A DNA stretch of 64,000 nt from Deltaproteobacteria bacterium (GTDB taxonomy: Bacteria; Desulfobacterota; Binatia; Binatales; Binataceae), in the NCBI GenBank assembly GCA_027317185.1, contig DAHVFB010000007.1:1064-65063 (forward strand), read 5' to 3'. The notes under the pieces were generated by a model, which saw only the letters and a program-made list of their open reading frames with translations, searched no databases and was not told where the DNA came from. Positions 38,973 to 49,485 of the stretch are shown here, piece by piece. A program made the translations under genes and the position numbers. Within the stretch, counting starts at the first letter, position 1, and every line of letters begins with the position of its first letter.

Positions 38973-40187
38973 TCAGTTGCTGCGGACCATCTTCCTGACG
39001 AACTTGCCACCGCACGCCTCGATCCCTTCCGCGATGGTCGAGCCCCTGGTCGCCGTCAGATGCGGCGCACCACCCCAGCAGTTGCCCTGCGAGAGGATAT
39101 GGCCGTCGAGCGTGAGACTGTTCAACGCGATCGAGTTGTCGGTCAGTGTGATGATCGATCTCGGGCCGCCGACCAATTGGAAGGTCGGGCTGTTGCCCAG
39201 CATGAAGAAGGTCGAGGCCGTGATGAACAGCGACCCGGTGCTCTGGTAGTCGATAATCGGCGCGTTGGCCGGCGAGAACTTGTAGTCGACATTGGTCAGG
39301 CTGACGTTGACGCCGTCGGTCCCCGTGCGCAGCAGGGTCGCCTGGTCGCCTTCCGCCGACACGTTCACGATTTCGATCGAATGCTGGTAAAAGCCCCAGG
39401 TGCCGTTCGACACGTTCTCGAAATCAAAAGCGACGTCGGTCAGGTCGTCGAAGTGCGTGCCCGACATCTTGATCGAACCGCCTTGCATGTAGACTCCGAT
39501 CGGGCCGTAGCCGACGATCCCGCCCTGGATCGTCAGGCCGAGCGGATTGACGCCGCTGATCGAGTAGCCGGCGTGGGTGAAATTGTTGATATCGACATTC
39601 TCGATGAAGCCCAGGTCGTTGTTCCAGTCCGCATTGGCCGGATTATAGTACTTGATGCCGTCGACGATGCTGGCGGCGCTCAGCGATCCGACTTCGACAT
39701 CCTTGATCGTCAGGTGGGTCGCTTCGCCGCCGGCCGCCGAGTCCGACTCGATTCCGGCCGAAGGTGGCGCGCCGCTCAGCCCAAAGACCGAGAGGTTCTC
39801 GATCGTGCAGTGCATCGCGTCGGTGAACAGCACCACCGGCTTGCCGGCCATCCCGGAGGTCGGCTGCAGGTCGGTGGCAAATACGCCGTCGCCCAGAATC
39901 CGCAGGCCCATTACCTTGGTGATCGTGAGACTCGCGCTGATCCCGTAATTCCCGGCGGGAAGGTAGATCGTGTCGCCATTGCCGCCAGCGCTGTTGATCG
40001 CCGCCTGAATCGCCGCCGTGGCGTCGCTGCCGTCGCCCTTGGCACCGAAGTCCGCGACGTTGATAAAGGCCGCCGCGGTTCCCGCATAGCCGGCCAGCAG
40101 GAGTATCGCTCCGGCCGCGGCAGGCGCCCATCGGTTGAGCCTGAAGTTCGGAGCGCTGGCGATGCGGTTAATGTTGCGTTTGAGCAT
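38973..40187 (-). CDS. Secreted right-handed beta-helix protein (pectate-lyase-3 / GH28-related)
   Basis: Signal peptide; 'INV.DFGAKGDG.D.T.AIQAAI...G.TIYLP.G.Y'. Confidence 0.8.
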   Translation of the reverse strand: MLKRNINRIASAPNFRLNRWAPAAAGAILLLAGYAGTAAAFINVADFGAKGDGSDATAAIQAAINSAGGNGDTIYLPAGNYGISASLTITKVMGLRILGDGVFATDLQPTSGMAGKPVVLFTDAMHCTIENLSVFGLSGAPPSAGIESDSAAGGEATHLTIKDVEVGSLSAASIVDGIKYYNPANADWNNDLGFIENVDINNFTHAGYSISGVNPLGLTIQGGIVGYGPIGVYMQGGSIKMSGTHFDDLTDVAFDFENVSNGTWGFYQHSIEIVNVSAEGDQATLLRTGTDGVNVSLTNVDYKFSPANAPIIDYQSTGSLFITASTFFMLGNSPTFQLVGGPRSIITLTDNSIALNSLTLDGHILSQGNCWGGAPHLTATRGSTIAEGIEACGGKFVRKMVRSN

Positions 40188-40612
40188 GCCATGAGTAAGT
40201 GCAACTGCGGGGCCAGCAATCGCCGGCTACCGTATCCCACTATCAACTGACTAATCAGACGATAGCGAATCGCCAGGTCCAATCTGGAACAGCCCGCGAG
40301 GCCGCTGCGGGTTGAATTGGCGCAATCGTTACGAACGAATTCCCACTTCCGGGACGCGCGGCGCATTTCCATCTTCATCCGAACACTACAGCGCGTATAT
40401 GACGTGTCAGACTAATCAAAGCCCCGTCAGGACGAAGCATTTCACTTCTCGACCTTCAATCGCTCACCGCGCCAACTGATTCCGATTCCCAATTTGCCAC
40501 GAACCATCGGCCGTGCGTGTGCTATTGGTTAATATGATCGATCAGTTGACCGGGCGCGCGCCCTGAACTAACTATCGATCAAAGCGCACGCTATGAATAA
40601 CTACCAGATCCG

Positions 40613-42199
40613 GTGAACGAATCAGCGACAGTGCTCCGTGATCACGCGGCCCTTGCGGCCGACGACGCCGCCCGCCCAATCGACGCGGCGCGCATGCGTT
40701 CGTGGTACGAGATCGTCACGCGTCCACCCGCCGGATCGTTCACTCTCGCCCGGCGCGTGGCCTTCATTCTCGCTTTCGCATTGCTGATCGCCGCGCTCAA
40801 TCTCTTCGGCTCGTCCAATCCGACCGTGCGCGAGCGACTGCTCGCGTCGGCAATTATCGCGCTCTCCGCCGTGCCCGCGTGGCTCTGGATGGACGGGCGG
40901 GATCCGGGGCTGCCGCTGATGCCGTTCTTCGGACTGATCTTCACGACCTACTATGCCGCGCCGCTCTTCATAGTCCGGGATTACGGCACGATGTGGGTCG
41001 CCGCGCCGATCTCGCATCTCTATGTCGCGCGCGCGCTCGAACTGATTCTGCTCGGGCTGGCCTGCGTGATGGCGGGCTATTACGGACCGCAGCGCCTGCT
41101 CCTGCAAGAGGTGCTGCCGCGAGTCACGATGCGTTGGCGGCGCGTCGGCAACATCAAGTTCGACGGCATATTGTTCAGTATCGCCGGCTTGGCCGTCTAT
41201 CTGATCGACCGGACGGTCGAGATTCCCGCAAGCGTCGCCCAGCTTGCGACCTTCGCCTCCGATCTCTGCCTCATCGGCATGTGCATCCTGCTGGTGCTGC
41301 AACTGATCGGCCGGCTGGATCGCGCGACCGGACTGTTCCTGTGGCTCGTCCTGGTGCCGCTGCGCTTCTGGTTCGGACTCGGTTCGGGCCTGACCTCGCA
41401 AGGCCTGATCGTCGCCGTCACGCTGATCTTCACTTATGCCGCGATCCGCCGACGCATCCCATGGCTCATCCTGATGATCGGCGGCGCGGCGTTCTTCATC
41501 CTGCGGCCGGCCGAGGGCGCCTTTCGCCTGATGACCTGGAGCGGCGGCATCATGCAGCAGGCGTCGCAGCTCGATCAGACCCGGATGCTCGCCCAACTGG
41601 TCGGCCAAACCGCGACCGGACTCGTCGCGGGTGAGGACGGATCGACCGACGAGCTGGTCCAGATTTCGCTGCGCCGCCTCGAGACCGATACGCTGACCTT
41701 CGCCGACGTGCTGCACGATACGCCCGGGATCGTGCCCTACTGGTACGGCGCGAGTTACTATCCGCTGCTGTACAAGCCGATTCCGCGCTTTATCTGGCCC
41801 GACAAGCCCGCGGAGATCACCGGCCAGACCTTCGGCCATCGCTACGGCCTGCTCGATCAGAATAATTCAAGTACTTCTTTCAATTTATCCCAGCTTATCG
41901 AGGGCTATAGCAACTTCGGCGTGCCCGGCCTGATCATCTCGATGTTCCTGTTCGGGATGCTCTATCGCGCGACCCAGATACTGTTCGTGCATCCGGGAAT
42001 GGGCCTTGGCGCAGTCGTCGGCGCGGTCTACACCTGCGTCAACCTACTGCAGATCGAATCGGCGACCTCACTGGTGCTCGGCGGCACGCTGTGGGGATTG
42101 ATCTACCTAGTGCTGCTCAATTTGCTGATCCAGTCGGCCGAACTCGCTTCCCCTCCGTCCGCGACCGCGATTGGCACGGCACGCGCCACATCGCCATAG
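40613..42199 (+). CDS. Polytopic membrane protein, O-antigen-polymerase (Wzy)-like
   Basis: More than 10 TM segments; 'IPRFIWPDKP', 'EGY.NFG..G'. Confidence 0.65.
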   Translation: MNESATVLRDHAALAADDAARPIDAARMRSWYEIVTRPPAGSFTLARRVAFILAFALLIAALNLFGSSNPTVRERLLASAIIALSAVPAWLWMDGRDPGLPLMPFFGLIFTTYYAAPLFIVRDYGTMWVAAPISHLYVARALELILLGLACVMAGYYGPQRLLLQEVLPRVTMRWRRVGNIKFDGILFSIAGLAVYLIDRTVEIPASVAQLATFASDLCLIGMCILLVLQLIGRLDRATGLFLWLVLVPLRFWFGLGSGLTSQGLIVAVTLIFTYAAIRRRIPWLILMIGGAAFFILRPAEGAFRLMTWSGGIMQQASQLDQTRMLAQLVGQTATGLVAGEDGSTDELVQISLRRLETDTLTFADVLHDTPGIVPYWYGASYYPLLYKPIPRFIWPDKPAEITGQTFGHRYGLLDQNNSSTSFNLSQLIEGYSNFGVPGLIISMFLFGMLYRATQILFVHPGMGLGAVVGAVYTCVNLLQIESATSLVLGGTLWGLIYLVLLNLLIQSAELASPPSATAIGTARATSP

Positions 42200-42217
42200 C
42201 GAGATCCGGACCAGGCG

Positions 42218-42943
42218 CTATTTCACCATTCGGCCGAAAATATCGGCGCGGATCCCCGCCAGCATATCGAAGCGATTGACCACGCGCTCGTAGCCGACGC
42301 CGGCCAAAAAAGCGATCGGATTGAAGACCAGGTAGCTTGGCTCGGCCTCGCACATCCGCAGTTCGACCGACGCGAAATCCGCCGCGCGCGCGATTTGGCC
42401 CAGCGCCGCGCGCGAGTTCATCCGATGGTACGTCGGGTAGGGTTCATGGTTCGCCGTGTCCAGTCCGCGCACCCGGTTGGCGAAGCGCGTGTGAAACCAA
42501 TGCGGCGTGGCGCGCGCGACGATCGATACATAGTGCATACGGTTGGGCGTGCGGAAAAAAAATGATCCGCCGGGCCGCAGCACGCGGCGCACCTCGCCGG
42601 CGAATTGCAGCGGATGCTCGATATGTTCGAGCACGAAATCGCTCAGCACCAGGTCGAACTCGCCGGCCCCGTAGGGCATCGGCGCGCCGGCCTTGAACAC
42701 GCGCGCGTCGTCGAGTTCGCGGTTTTCAAGCACGGCCGGGTCGACGTCGGCGCCGGCCACGCGCGCGACCGCGCCCTTGAAGATGCGCAGGGGCTGATTG
42801 GTCGCAGGCCCCGCGCCCAGGTTGAGCATCACGGTCGCCGGCGTGACGAACTCGCGCACCCATCCGTAGAACGCCGCCGTACCGTTGCGCGCGCCGCCGG
42901 GATAGTAGCGATCGATGAGTTTTTTCCTGCCGGGGTGCGCGAT
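42218..42943 (-). CDS. Class I SAM-dependent methyltransferase
   Basis: LNLGAG, G.DVD, FDLV.S.FVLEHI, RVLRPGG...F.TPN. Start possibly non-canonical ATC at 42943. Confidence 0.8.
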   Translation of the reverse strand: MAHPGRKKLIDRYYPGGARNGTAAFYGWVREFVTPATVMLNLGAGPATNQPLRIFKGAVARVAGADVDPAVLENRELDDARVFKAGAPMPYGAGEFDLVLSDFVLEHIEHPLQFAGEVRRVLRPGGSFFFRTPNRMHYVSIVARATPHWFHTRFANRVRGLDTANHEPYPTYHRMNSRAALGQIARAADFASVELRMCEAEPSYLVFNPIAFLAGVGYERVVNRFDMLAGIRADIFGRMVK

Positions 42944-42972
42944 GGCCTCTCCGGTTCGCGGACGGCGCCGCG

Positions 42973-43566
42973 CTACTCGGCCTCGCCCGCCTTCATGCTG
43001 CGAAACAGCCGCAGCAGGACCGCGTGAAACTGCGGCTCCTGTTCGCCAATCGGCCCAAAGCATTGTTCGTAGGCGCGTTCGACGATCGGAATACATTGCA
43101 GGATGATCGCGCGTCCCTCGTCGGTCAGGGTGAGCAGTTTTCTGCGCGTATCGTGCGGATCGGGAGTGCGCGCGATCGCGCGGCGCTTCTCGAGCGCGCG
43201 CACCACCTTCGAGATCAGCATCGGGTCCATCGCGCAGAACTCCGCCAGCCGCACCTGCGACGGCGGCTGGCCGATACGCGTCAGCCACAGCGTCGATCCG
43301 AGCGCGATAAATTGCAGATGAGTAATGCCGTGCGGGACGAACTCGCTGTTCAGCCGGCGCATCCAGCCGTGCGCGGTCTGCCACAGCAGATAGCCGAGGC
43401 TGTCCTCGGGCTGCTTGAAGCGCGAGACCGAGTCCCAGTCGAACTGCTCAGCCGCACCGACTGCGGCGGAGCTCGCCGCGGGCGCCTTGACGGCCGCGGG
43501 CGCTAGCTCCCGACCGTCGTCGCGCGCCTCGCTATCCTTCAATTTTTCCACCCCGGAGAGATCCAA
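42973..43566 (-). CDS. MarR-family transcriptional regulator
   Basis: 'GIT..QF..L', 'D...ISK.VR.LE....I.R..DP.D.R...L.LT..G'. Confidence 0.9.
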   Translation of the reverse strand: MDLSGVEKLKDSEARDDGRELAPAAVKAPAASSAAVGAAEQFDWDSVSRFKQPEDSLGYLLWQTAHGWMRRLNSEFVPHGITHLQFIALGSTLWLTRIGQPPSQVRLAEFCAMDPMLISKVVRALEKRRAIARTPDPHDTRRKLLTLTDEGRAIILQCIPIVERAYEQCFGPIGEQEPQFHAVLLRLFRSMKAGEAE

Positions 43567-43775
43567 CCAGATTTGGCGAATGGATCATAGTTGGATCGGC
43601 AGTTGAAACAAACGTCGCGCGAGCTTGTTCGGCGGCGCTATGATAAATTAGACGGGCACGATTCGCGCTCGAAATTCGACTGGGATTGTAGCGTACTTTC
43701 GACTGGTTACCGCAGGAGCGTCAGCCGCGTGAATAGACCGTGAACGCGCGAAGCACGCGAGGGACAAGGAGCAAG

Positions 43776-45758
43776 ATGGAATCGAACGGTGAACATGCGG
43801 TGGCGCTCTCCGCGCCGGTATGGTTTCCCAGCGCGGATTACGTGACCGGCAGCCAGCTTGCCCGGCTCGCCGCCGCGATGGGTATCGCCGCCGACCCCGC
43901 CCATCCCGAAGCCGCGTACGCCGAGCTTTACCGCCGCAGTATCACCGACAGCGATACTTTCTGGCGCAAGACGCTCGACCTGCTCGGCATCGAATGGTTC
44001 GCGCCGTTCACCGCGGTCGTCGACACCTCGGCCGGCGTGCAATGGCCGCGATGGTTCCCGGGCGGCCGCCTCAACCTGACGCACAACGCGCTCCATCGCC
44101 ATGCGCGGGGCGCGGACGCTGCCGAGCCAGCAATTATTTGGGAGGGCGAAGACGGCGCGACTGCCACGCTGAGCTACGCGGAGCTGGCGCGCGAGGTCGG
44201 CCGCGCGGCCAATGCCTTGCGCAAGCTCGGCGTCGGTATCGGCGATCGGGTGGGACTGTTTCTGCCGATGATCCCCGAGACCGCAATCGCGACCCTGGCG
44301 ATCGCGCAGATCGGCGCAATCTTCATCCCGATCTTCTCGGGTTACGGCGCCGAGGCCGCCGCCGTCCGCCTGAGCGACGCCGGCGCGAAGGTTCTGATCA
44401 CCGCCGACGGCTTCTGGCGCCGCGGGCACCCGGTCGCGCTGGCCGACTTCGCCCGCCACGCCGCCGAACTCGCCGGATGCGTCCGGCATATCGTCGCGGT
44501 GCGCCGCATGGATCGGTCGGCGCCCGTCGCCGGCGCGCTCCATTGGGACGAAATCGTCGCCGCCGAAGCCACCGACGCCCCGGTCGAGTCGATGGCCAGT
44601 ATGGACCCGTTCATGATCATCTACACCTCGGGCACCACCGGCCGGGCCAAGGGCACCGTGCATTACCACGCCGGCTTCCCGCTCAAGGGTGCGCAAGACA
44701 TGGCGCATCTGTTCGACGTGCGCGCGGGCGAGCGCGTCTTCTGGTTCAGCGACATGGGCTGGATGATGGGTCCGTGGCTGATTATCGGCGCGCTGACGCT
44801 CGGCGCGACCGCCTTCCTCTATGAAGGTGCGCCCGACTTTCCCGCCCCCGATCGGCTGTGGAGCATGATCGCGCGCCATCGCATTACTCATCTCGGCATC
44901 TCGCCGACGCTGGTGCGCGCGCTGATTCCGTCGGGCGCCGCGCATGCCGATCGGCACGATCTGTCGTCGCTGCGCATCCTCGGATCGACCGGCGAGGTCT
45001 GGAATCCCGAGGCCTGGACCTGGCTGTTCGATCAGGTTGGGCATCGCCGCCGCCCGATCATCAATTATTCGGGCGGCACCGAAATCGCGGGCGGCCTGCT
45101 CGGATGCGTTACGATGCGCCCGATCAGCCCGTGCGGCTTCAACACCGCCGTGCCGGGAATCCACGTCGCCGCACTGGACGACGAAGGGCGCGAAGTGGTC
45201 AACGTGGTCGGCGAACTGGCCGCGCTCAACGTCTGGCCGGGGATGACCAACGGCTTCTGGAACGACCCCGATCGCTATCTCGAAACCTACTGGAGCCGCT
45301 TCACCGACACCTGGGTGCATGGCGATTGGGCGCTGACCGACGCCGCCGGCAACTGGATGCTGCTCGGGCGCTCCGACGATACGCTCAAGATTGCTGGCAA
45401 ACGGCTGGGCCCGGCCGAAGTCGAGTCGGCGGCGACCGCGATTACCGCGCTTAAGGAGGCGGCGGCGATCGGCGTGCCCCATCCGACCAAGGGCGAAGTG
45501 CCGGTGGTCTTCGCCGTGCTCAAGCCAGGAGCGCAGGCCACGGCGCAACTCGCCGGGCGCGTCGCCGACAAGGTCGCCGAGGTGCTGGGCAAGCCGCTGC
45601 GGCCGCAGGCGGTCTACTTCGTGCCCGATCTGCCGCGCACGCGCAACGGCAAGATCATGCGCCGGGTACTGCGCGCGATTCATCTGGGCAAGCCGCCGGG
45701 CGACCTCGCCGCGCTCGAGAATCCGGCCGCGCTCGAGCATATCCCGCGCTTGCCCTAG
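43776..45758 (+). CDS. Acetate/short-chain acyl-CoA ligase (AMP-forming)
   Basis: YTSGTTG..KG, GRSDD.LK.AG.R.G..E.E, PRTRNGKIMRR. Confidence 0.92.
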   Translation: MESNGEHAVALSAPVWFPSADYVTGSQLARLAAAMGIAADPAHPEAAYAELYRRSITDSDTFWRKTLDLLGIEWFAPFTAVVDTSAGVQWPRWFPGGRLNLTHNALHRHARGADAAEPAIIWEGEDGATATLSYAELAREVGRAANALRKLGVGIGDRVGLFLPMIPETAIATLAIAQIGAIFIPIFSGYGAEAAAVRLSDAGAKVLITADGFWRRGHPVALADFARHAAELAGCVRHIVAVRRMDRSAPVAGALHWDEIVAAEATDAPVESMASMDPFMIIYTSGTTGRAKGTVHYHAGFPLKGAQDMAHLFDVRAGERVFWFSDMGWMMGPWLIIGALTLGATAFLYEGAPDFPAPDRLWSMIARHRITHLGISPTLVRALIPSGAAHADRHDLSSLRILGSTGEVWNPEAWTWLFDQVGHRRRPIINYSGGTEIAGGLLGCVTMRPISPCGFNTAVPGIHVAALDDEGREVVNVVGELAALNVWPGMTNGFWNDPDRYLETYWSRFTDTWVHGDWALTDAAGNWMLLGRSDDTLKIAGKRLGPAEVESAATAITALKEAAAIGVPHPTKGEVPVVFAVLKPGAQATAQLAGRVADKVAEVLGKPLRPQAVYFVPDLPRTRNGKIMRRVLRAIHLGKPPGDLAALENPAALEHIPRLP

Positions 45759-45866
45759 GGAACCTCTGCACAAGTTAGGTTGTCATTCTGAGCGCAGCGA
45801 AGAATCCCGGATCCGGGACCCATGCGCTTCGCTCAGGGTGACACCAGAGCCTGGTGCAGAGGTTCC
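45759..45866 (+). mobile_element. 108-bp MITE/REP-like element, copy 1
   Basis: 13-bp TIR GGAACCTCTGCAC/GTGCAGAGGTTCC flanked by CTAG on both sides; internal palindrome GTCATTCTGAGCGCAGCG...CGCTTCGCTCAGGGTGAC. Confidence 0.85.
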
Positions 45867-45922
45867 CTAGCGGGCGCCGCGTCGATAACATCGACGCGGC
45901 ATCTGCGATAGAATCGCTCGCG

Positions 45923-46705
45923 ATGACTTCGTATCGACGCCGCCCGCATCCGGAAAACGATCGCCCTGCCCGCCCACGCCATGTTGCCGCAAGGCCCAGC
46001 CGCCTGGCTCGCTATGCGATCGCGCTAGCCACGGCCGCGTGGCTGGTTGCCGCGACGCCGCACGGGGTGGCCTATGCCGATCCGCCAAGCGCCATCGCGG
46101 GCGCGCCCGGCGAGGCGATTAACGATCCGATGCGCCTCGTGCAGGGCGGGGTCGGCGAAGTGATCGCGGTGTTCAACGATAAACAGATGGCGCTGCGCGA
46201 TCGGCGCGAAAAGCTGCGCACGCTGGCCGGGAAGTATTTCGATTTCGAGTCGATGGCGCGCTCAGTGATGGGCTACCATTGGCGCGAGTTGACGGCCGCC
46301 CAACGCGCGCAATTCGTGCCGCTGTTCGCCAGCTTTATCCAGGATGCCTACCTGAGCAAACTGCAGGACTACACAGTGCAAAAGGTCCAGCAGGAATTGC
46401 TTACGGTCAAGGTGCAATTCACCCATGAAACCTTCGAGGACGCCGACTACGCGCAGGTCTTCAGCAATATCAACGTGACCGAGCAGAAGGACGCTATCCC
46501 GGTCAATTACCTGATGCACCTGAGCCATGGCGAATGGAAAATCTACGACGTGACGGTCGACGCGATCAGCGTGATCGCGAACTACCGCAACCAGTTCAAC
46601 CGCGTAATGAACACCGGCGGCTTCGACAAGCTGGTCGCCGATCTGAATCTCAAGCTGGCCGGCCTCCAGAACGATCTCGAAAACCCGCCGGCCCGGCACG
46701 AATAG
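45923..46705 (+). CDS. MlaC/Ttg2D-family periplasmic lipid-binding protein
   Basis: 'FDF..MAR.V.G..W......QR..F..LF', 'WKIYDV.V..IS...NYR.QF'. Confidence 0.88.
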   Translation: MTSYRRRPHPENDRPARPRHVAARPSRLARYAIALATAAWLVAATPHGVAYADPPSAIAGAPGEAINDPMRLVQGGVGEVIAVFNDKQMALRDRREKLRTLAGKYFDFESMARSVMGYHWRELTAAQRAQFVPLFASFIQDAYLSKLQDYTVQKVQQELLTVKVQFTHETFEDADYAQVFSNINVTEQKDAIPVNYLMHLSHGEWKIYDVTVDAISVIANYRNQFNRVMNTGGFDKLVADLNLKLAGLQNDLENPPARHE

Positions 46706-46745
46706 CCATCGCCGACGATGCGCCGCGGCGATCGCGGCCGTCGGT

Positions 46746-47108
46746 CTACGCGCCGATTAGTTTGCGCAGGATGTCGAGTCGGAGCGCCAGCTTCTCGCCA
46801 AGCCACAGCGCATGGATCGCGTGATCGGCATAGGCGTCGCCGGATTCGGGATGAATCAGGATCGTCAGCCCGTCGCGATTGAGCATCAACCACGGCACGA
46901 TCATCGCGAATTCCGTCGCCGCGAACGCCACCTGGTACATGGCTTGCGGATGCGGGCCGACCGGCTGATCGCGCCAGCGCCCCATCGCCACCGCAAAGCG
47001 CCCTTCGATCAGCTCGCGCAGGCGCGCCGCATGCGGACGCGATTCGTCGTCGTAGTAGATATGGGCGTGGTAGCCCGTGATCAGAGCGGTATCAGCCGGC
47101 TCGGCCAT
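46746..47108 (-). CDS. DOPA 4,5-dioxygenase family protein
   Basis: YHAHIYY, PVGPHP, WL.LNR.GL.IL.HP, DH..HA.WLG. Confidence 0.9.
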   Translation of the reverse strand: MAEPADTALITGYHAHIYYDDESRPHAARLRELIEGRFAVAMGRWRDQPVGPHPQAMYQVAFAATEFAMIVPWLMLNRDGLTILIHPESGDAYADHAIHALWLGEKLALRLDILRKLIGA

Positions 47109-47249
47109 CGCTAGTCACCCGCAGCGTGTGGATATTGTTCACCATAAGCGTATTGACTCTATTTGTGGATATGCGAATCTCTCCGCGGATGTTCGCGGTC
47201 GCGGCTTGCGATCGCGGGCGCATGTTTGCTCCGCGCATTCGCCGTCAAG

Positions 47250-47357
47250 GCAACCTCTGCACAAGGCTCTGCTGTCACCCTGAGCGAAGCGAATGGGTCT
47301 CGGATCCGGGATTCTTCGCTGCGCTCAGAATGACAACCTGACTTGTGCAGAGGTTCC
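47250..47357 (-). mobile_element. 108-bp MITE/REP-like element, copy 2 (inverted)
   Basis: Near reverse complement of copy 1; ends GCAACCTCTGCAC/GTGCAGAGGTTCC, flanked by CAAG and CTAG. Confidence 0.85.
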
Positions 47358-48875
47358 CTAGCGGGCGCGACGCCAGTCGAAGTTGCGCTCGAAGGCGTCG
47401 CCAATCCGCAGCAGCGCAAGCTCGTCGAAATGCCGTCCGGTAAGCATCAGGCCCACCGGCAGACCACCCGCCAGCGCGCACGGCACGCTCAGTGACGGAT
47501 GGCCGGTCATGTCGAATGGGGCGGTATTGCCGAGCATGTTCCATCCATGAGCGACGATTTCGCCGGGGCGCAGGTTGGGCTGGTAGCGATGCGCGCGCAT
47601 CGGCGTGGTCGGCATCGCAATCGCGTCGCATCCGCCGAGCACGGAATCGTAGGCGGCGCGCAGCGTCCCGCGCAGATTTTGCGCCTTGGCATAAAGCCGG
47701 CCGTGGTAGCGGCGATTCAGGTAGCTGCCGACCAGCGCGACCAGCTTGACGGTCGGTGGCAGGTCGTCGCCCTGCGCCTGGCAGAAGCGCCCGAAGGCCG
47801 AGGCGAAGCCGGCGTCGTATTCGCCCTGGTAGTGATAGCCGATGCCGTTGCCATAGATTAGCGCCGCCGCACCCTCCGCCATCAGGGCCCACGCGATACC
47901 GTCGGCCTGGCGATGCATCGGAATCGAGACCTCCTCGACCTGCGCACCCATTTTGCCGAGCGCCGCGATCGCGCCCTGCACGGCGCTGTCAACCTCGGGC
48001 TCCGAGACCGGCCAGCCAAAACCCTCGCGGACCACGCCGATGCACATGCCCTTCAAGTCCTTGCCGAGCGCCGCGGTGTAGCGTTCAACCTTGATCTCGC
48101 CCTGGCGCGGATCGCCGGGATGCTTACCCGCGATCACTTCGAGCAGCAGCGCGACGTCGGCCACCGTCCGGCCCATCGGTCCGGCATGGTCGAAGGTCGG
48201 ATCGATCCCGACGCATCCGGTGTACGGCACCAGGCTGTGGGTGGGTTTGAGACCGACCACGCCGCACCACGACGAGGGGATGCGGATCGAGCCGCCCTGG
48301 TCGCCGCCGACGGTGAGGTCGAAGTCGTCATAGGCGAGCGCCGCAGCCGAACCGCCTGACGATCCGCCGGCTAAGTGGTCGCGATTGAGCGGGTTGCGCG
48401 TCGGTCCGAAGGCGCTCGTATCGCCCGCGCCGGAGAAGGCGAAGTTATCCAAGTTGAGCTTGGCGACGATCTCGCCGCCGGCGTCCAGGATGCGGGTTAC
48501 CAGGGTCGCGTCGTGCTCCGGCACGTAACCTTCCATCACCAGCGAGCCGCAGGTCATCGGGATTCCCGCTACGCTGATATTGTCCTTGATGCCGATACGC
48601 TTGCCGGCCAGCGCTCCGCCGCGCGCGCCCTTGACCGAGCAGCGCCGGATGATCGCGTTGAGCGGATCGTCCTTGGGATGCGGACGCGAACCGGGATCGC
48701 GATCGGTATATTTCAGCGGACGCGACGGCACGGGCATCTGATCGAGTCCGTCGAGCACGGCGAACATCGCCGGTGTCAGCGCCTGAAAATCGGTCAGCTC
48801 ATCAGCACTCAGGTGAAAGTGATTGGCCGCCGCCAACTCATTCAGTTCTGCCGCCGTCGGAATTCGCAGTGCCAT
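47358..48875 (-). CDS. Amidase signature family amidase
   Basis: IKDN, GGSSGGSAAA, GGDQGGSIRIP. Confidence 0.93.
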   Translation of the reverse strand: MALRIPTAAELNELAAANHFHLSADELTDFQALTPAMFAVLDGLDQMPVPSRPLKYTDRDPGSRPHPKDDPLNAIIRRCSVKGARGGALAGKRIGIKDNISVAGIPMTCGSLVMEGYVPEHDATLVTRILDAGGEIVAKLNLDNFAFSGAGDTSAFGPTRNPLNRDHLAGGSSGGSAAALAYDDFDLTVGGDQGGSIRIPSSWCGVVGLKPTHSLVPYTGCVGIDPTFDHAGPMGRTVADVALLLEVIAGKHPGDPRQGEIKVERYTAALGKDLKGMCIGVVREGFGWPVSEPEVDSAVQGAIAALGKMGAQVEEVSIPMHRQADGIAWALMAEGAAALIYGNGIGYHYQGEYDAGFASAFGRFCQAQGDDLPPTVKLVALVGSYLNRRYHGRLYAKAQNLRGTLRAAYDSVLGGCDAIAMPTTPMRAHRYQPNLRPGEIVAHGWNMLGNTAPFDMTGHPSLSVPCALAGGLPVGLMLTGRHFDELALLRIGDAFERNFDWRRAR

Positions 48876-49485
48876 GGATGGATCCTCCGTGAGCGTCGCG
48901 CGCAATTAGGGAACGCCGCGCCCGCCGCATTCTAAATCGACCGCCTGGAGGGTCGTCGTGTCAAGTGGTGACCGCGCGCGCATCGGTCGCATCGCCGCGC
49001 AGGCCGGGGTTAGGATCGTCTCGCACCGGAGCGCCGATCGTCTCTGAATGACACGCTGAGTAAGGCCGCGCCAAAGACGAAATCGCGACTGAAATGCCAG
49101 CTATTGAATAATTAAAGTCGATTGAATGTATTAGAGAAAAACATATCCTACATTGTCTGCAACAGCGTGTTGCTCCGCTGCATCAATGTTGCAGCAACTC
49201 CAATAACCATTGTAAATCACCAGCGCGAAATCCCGCACAGGAAGGATCGATACAGGGCCGTTGAGGTCTCTCAAGACAGGCAATTCATGTGGCGTATCAA
49301 CATGTTACGTGATGTCCACGTGAGTTATTGCGATGCGCTAAGCCGGGCCGCGACTGGGTGGCCCGGAGGCGCTAGTAGGTGCGGGCAGCGGGGATGGTGC
49401 GGCCGACTGTAACTTCCGGCATCGAGCTTGCTTGCAGGTTTCTCGGAAGCCACAGAAATGCGGCGCCGCAAGACCAAGGTGCAGC

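Noticed and set aside
48906..49485. AT-richer intergenic region with short ORF 49122..49412
   Set aside because: No recognisable RNA or protein motif; likely just the divergent promoter region.
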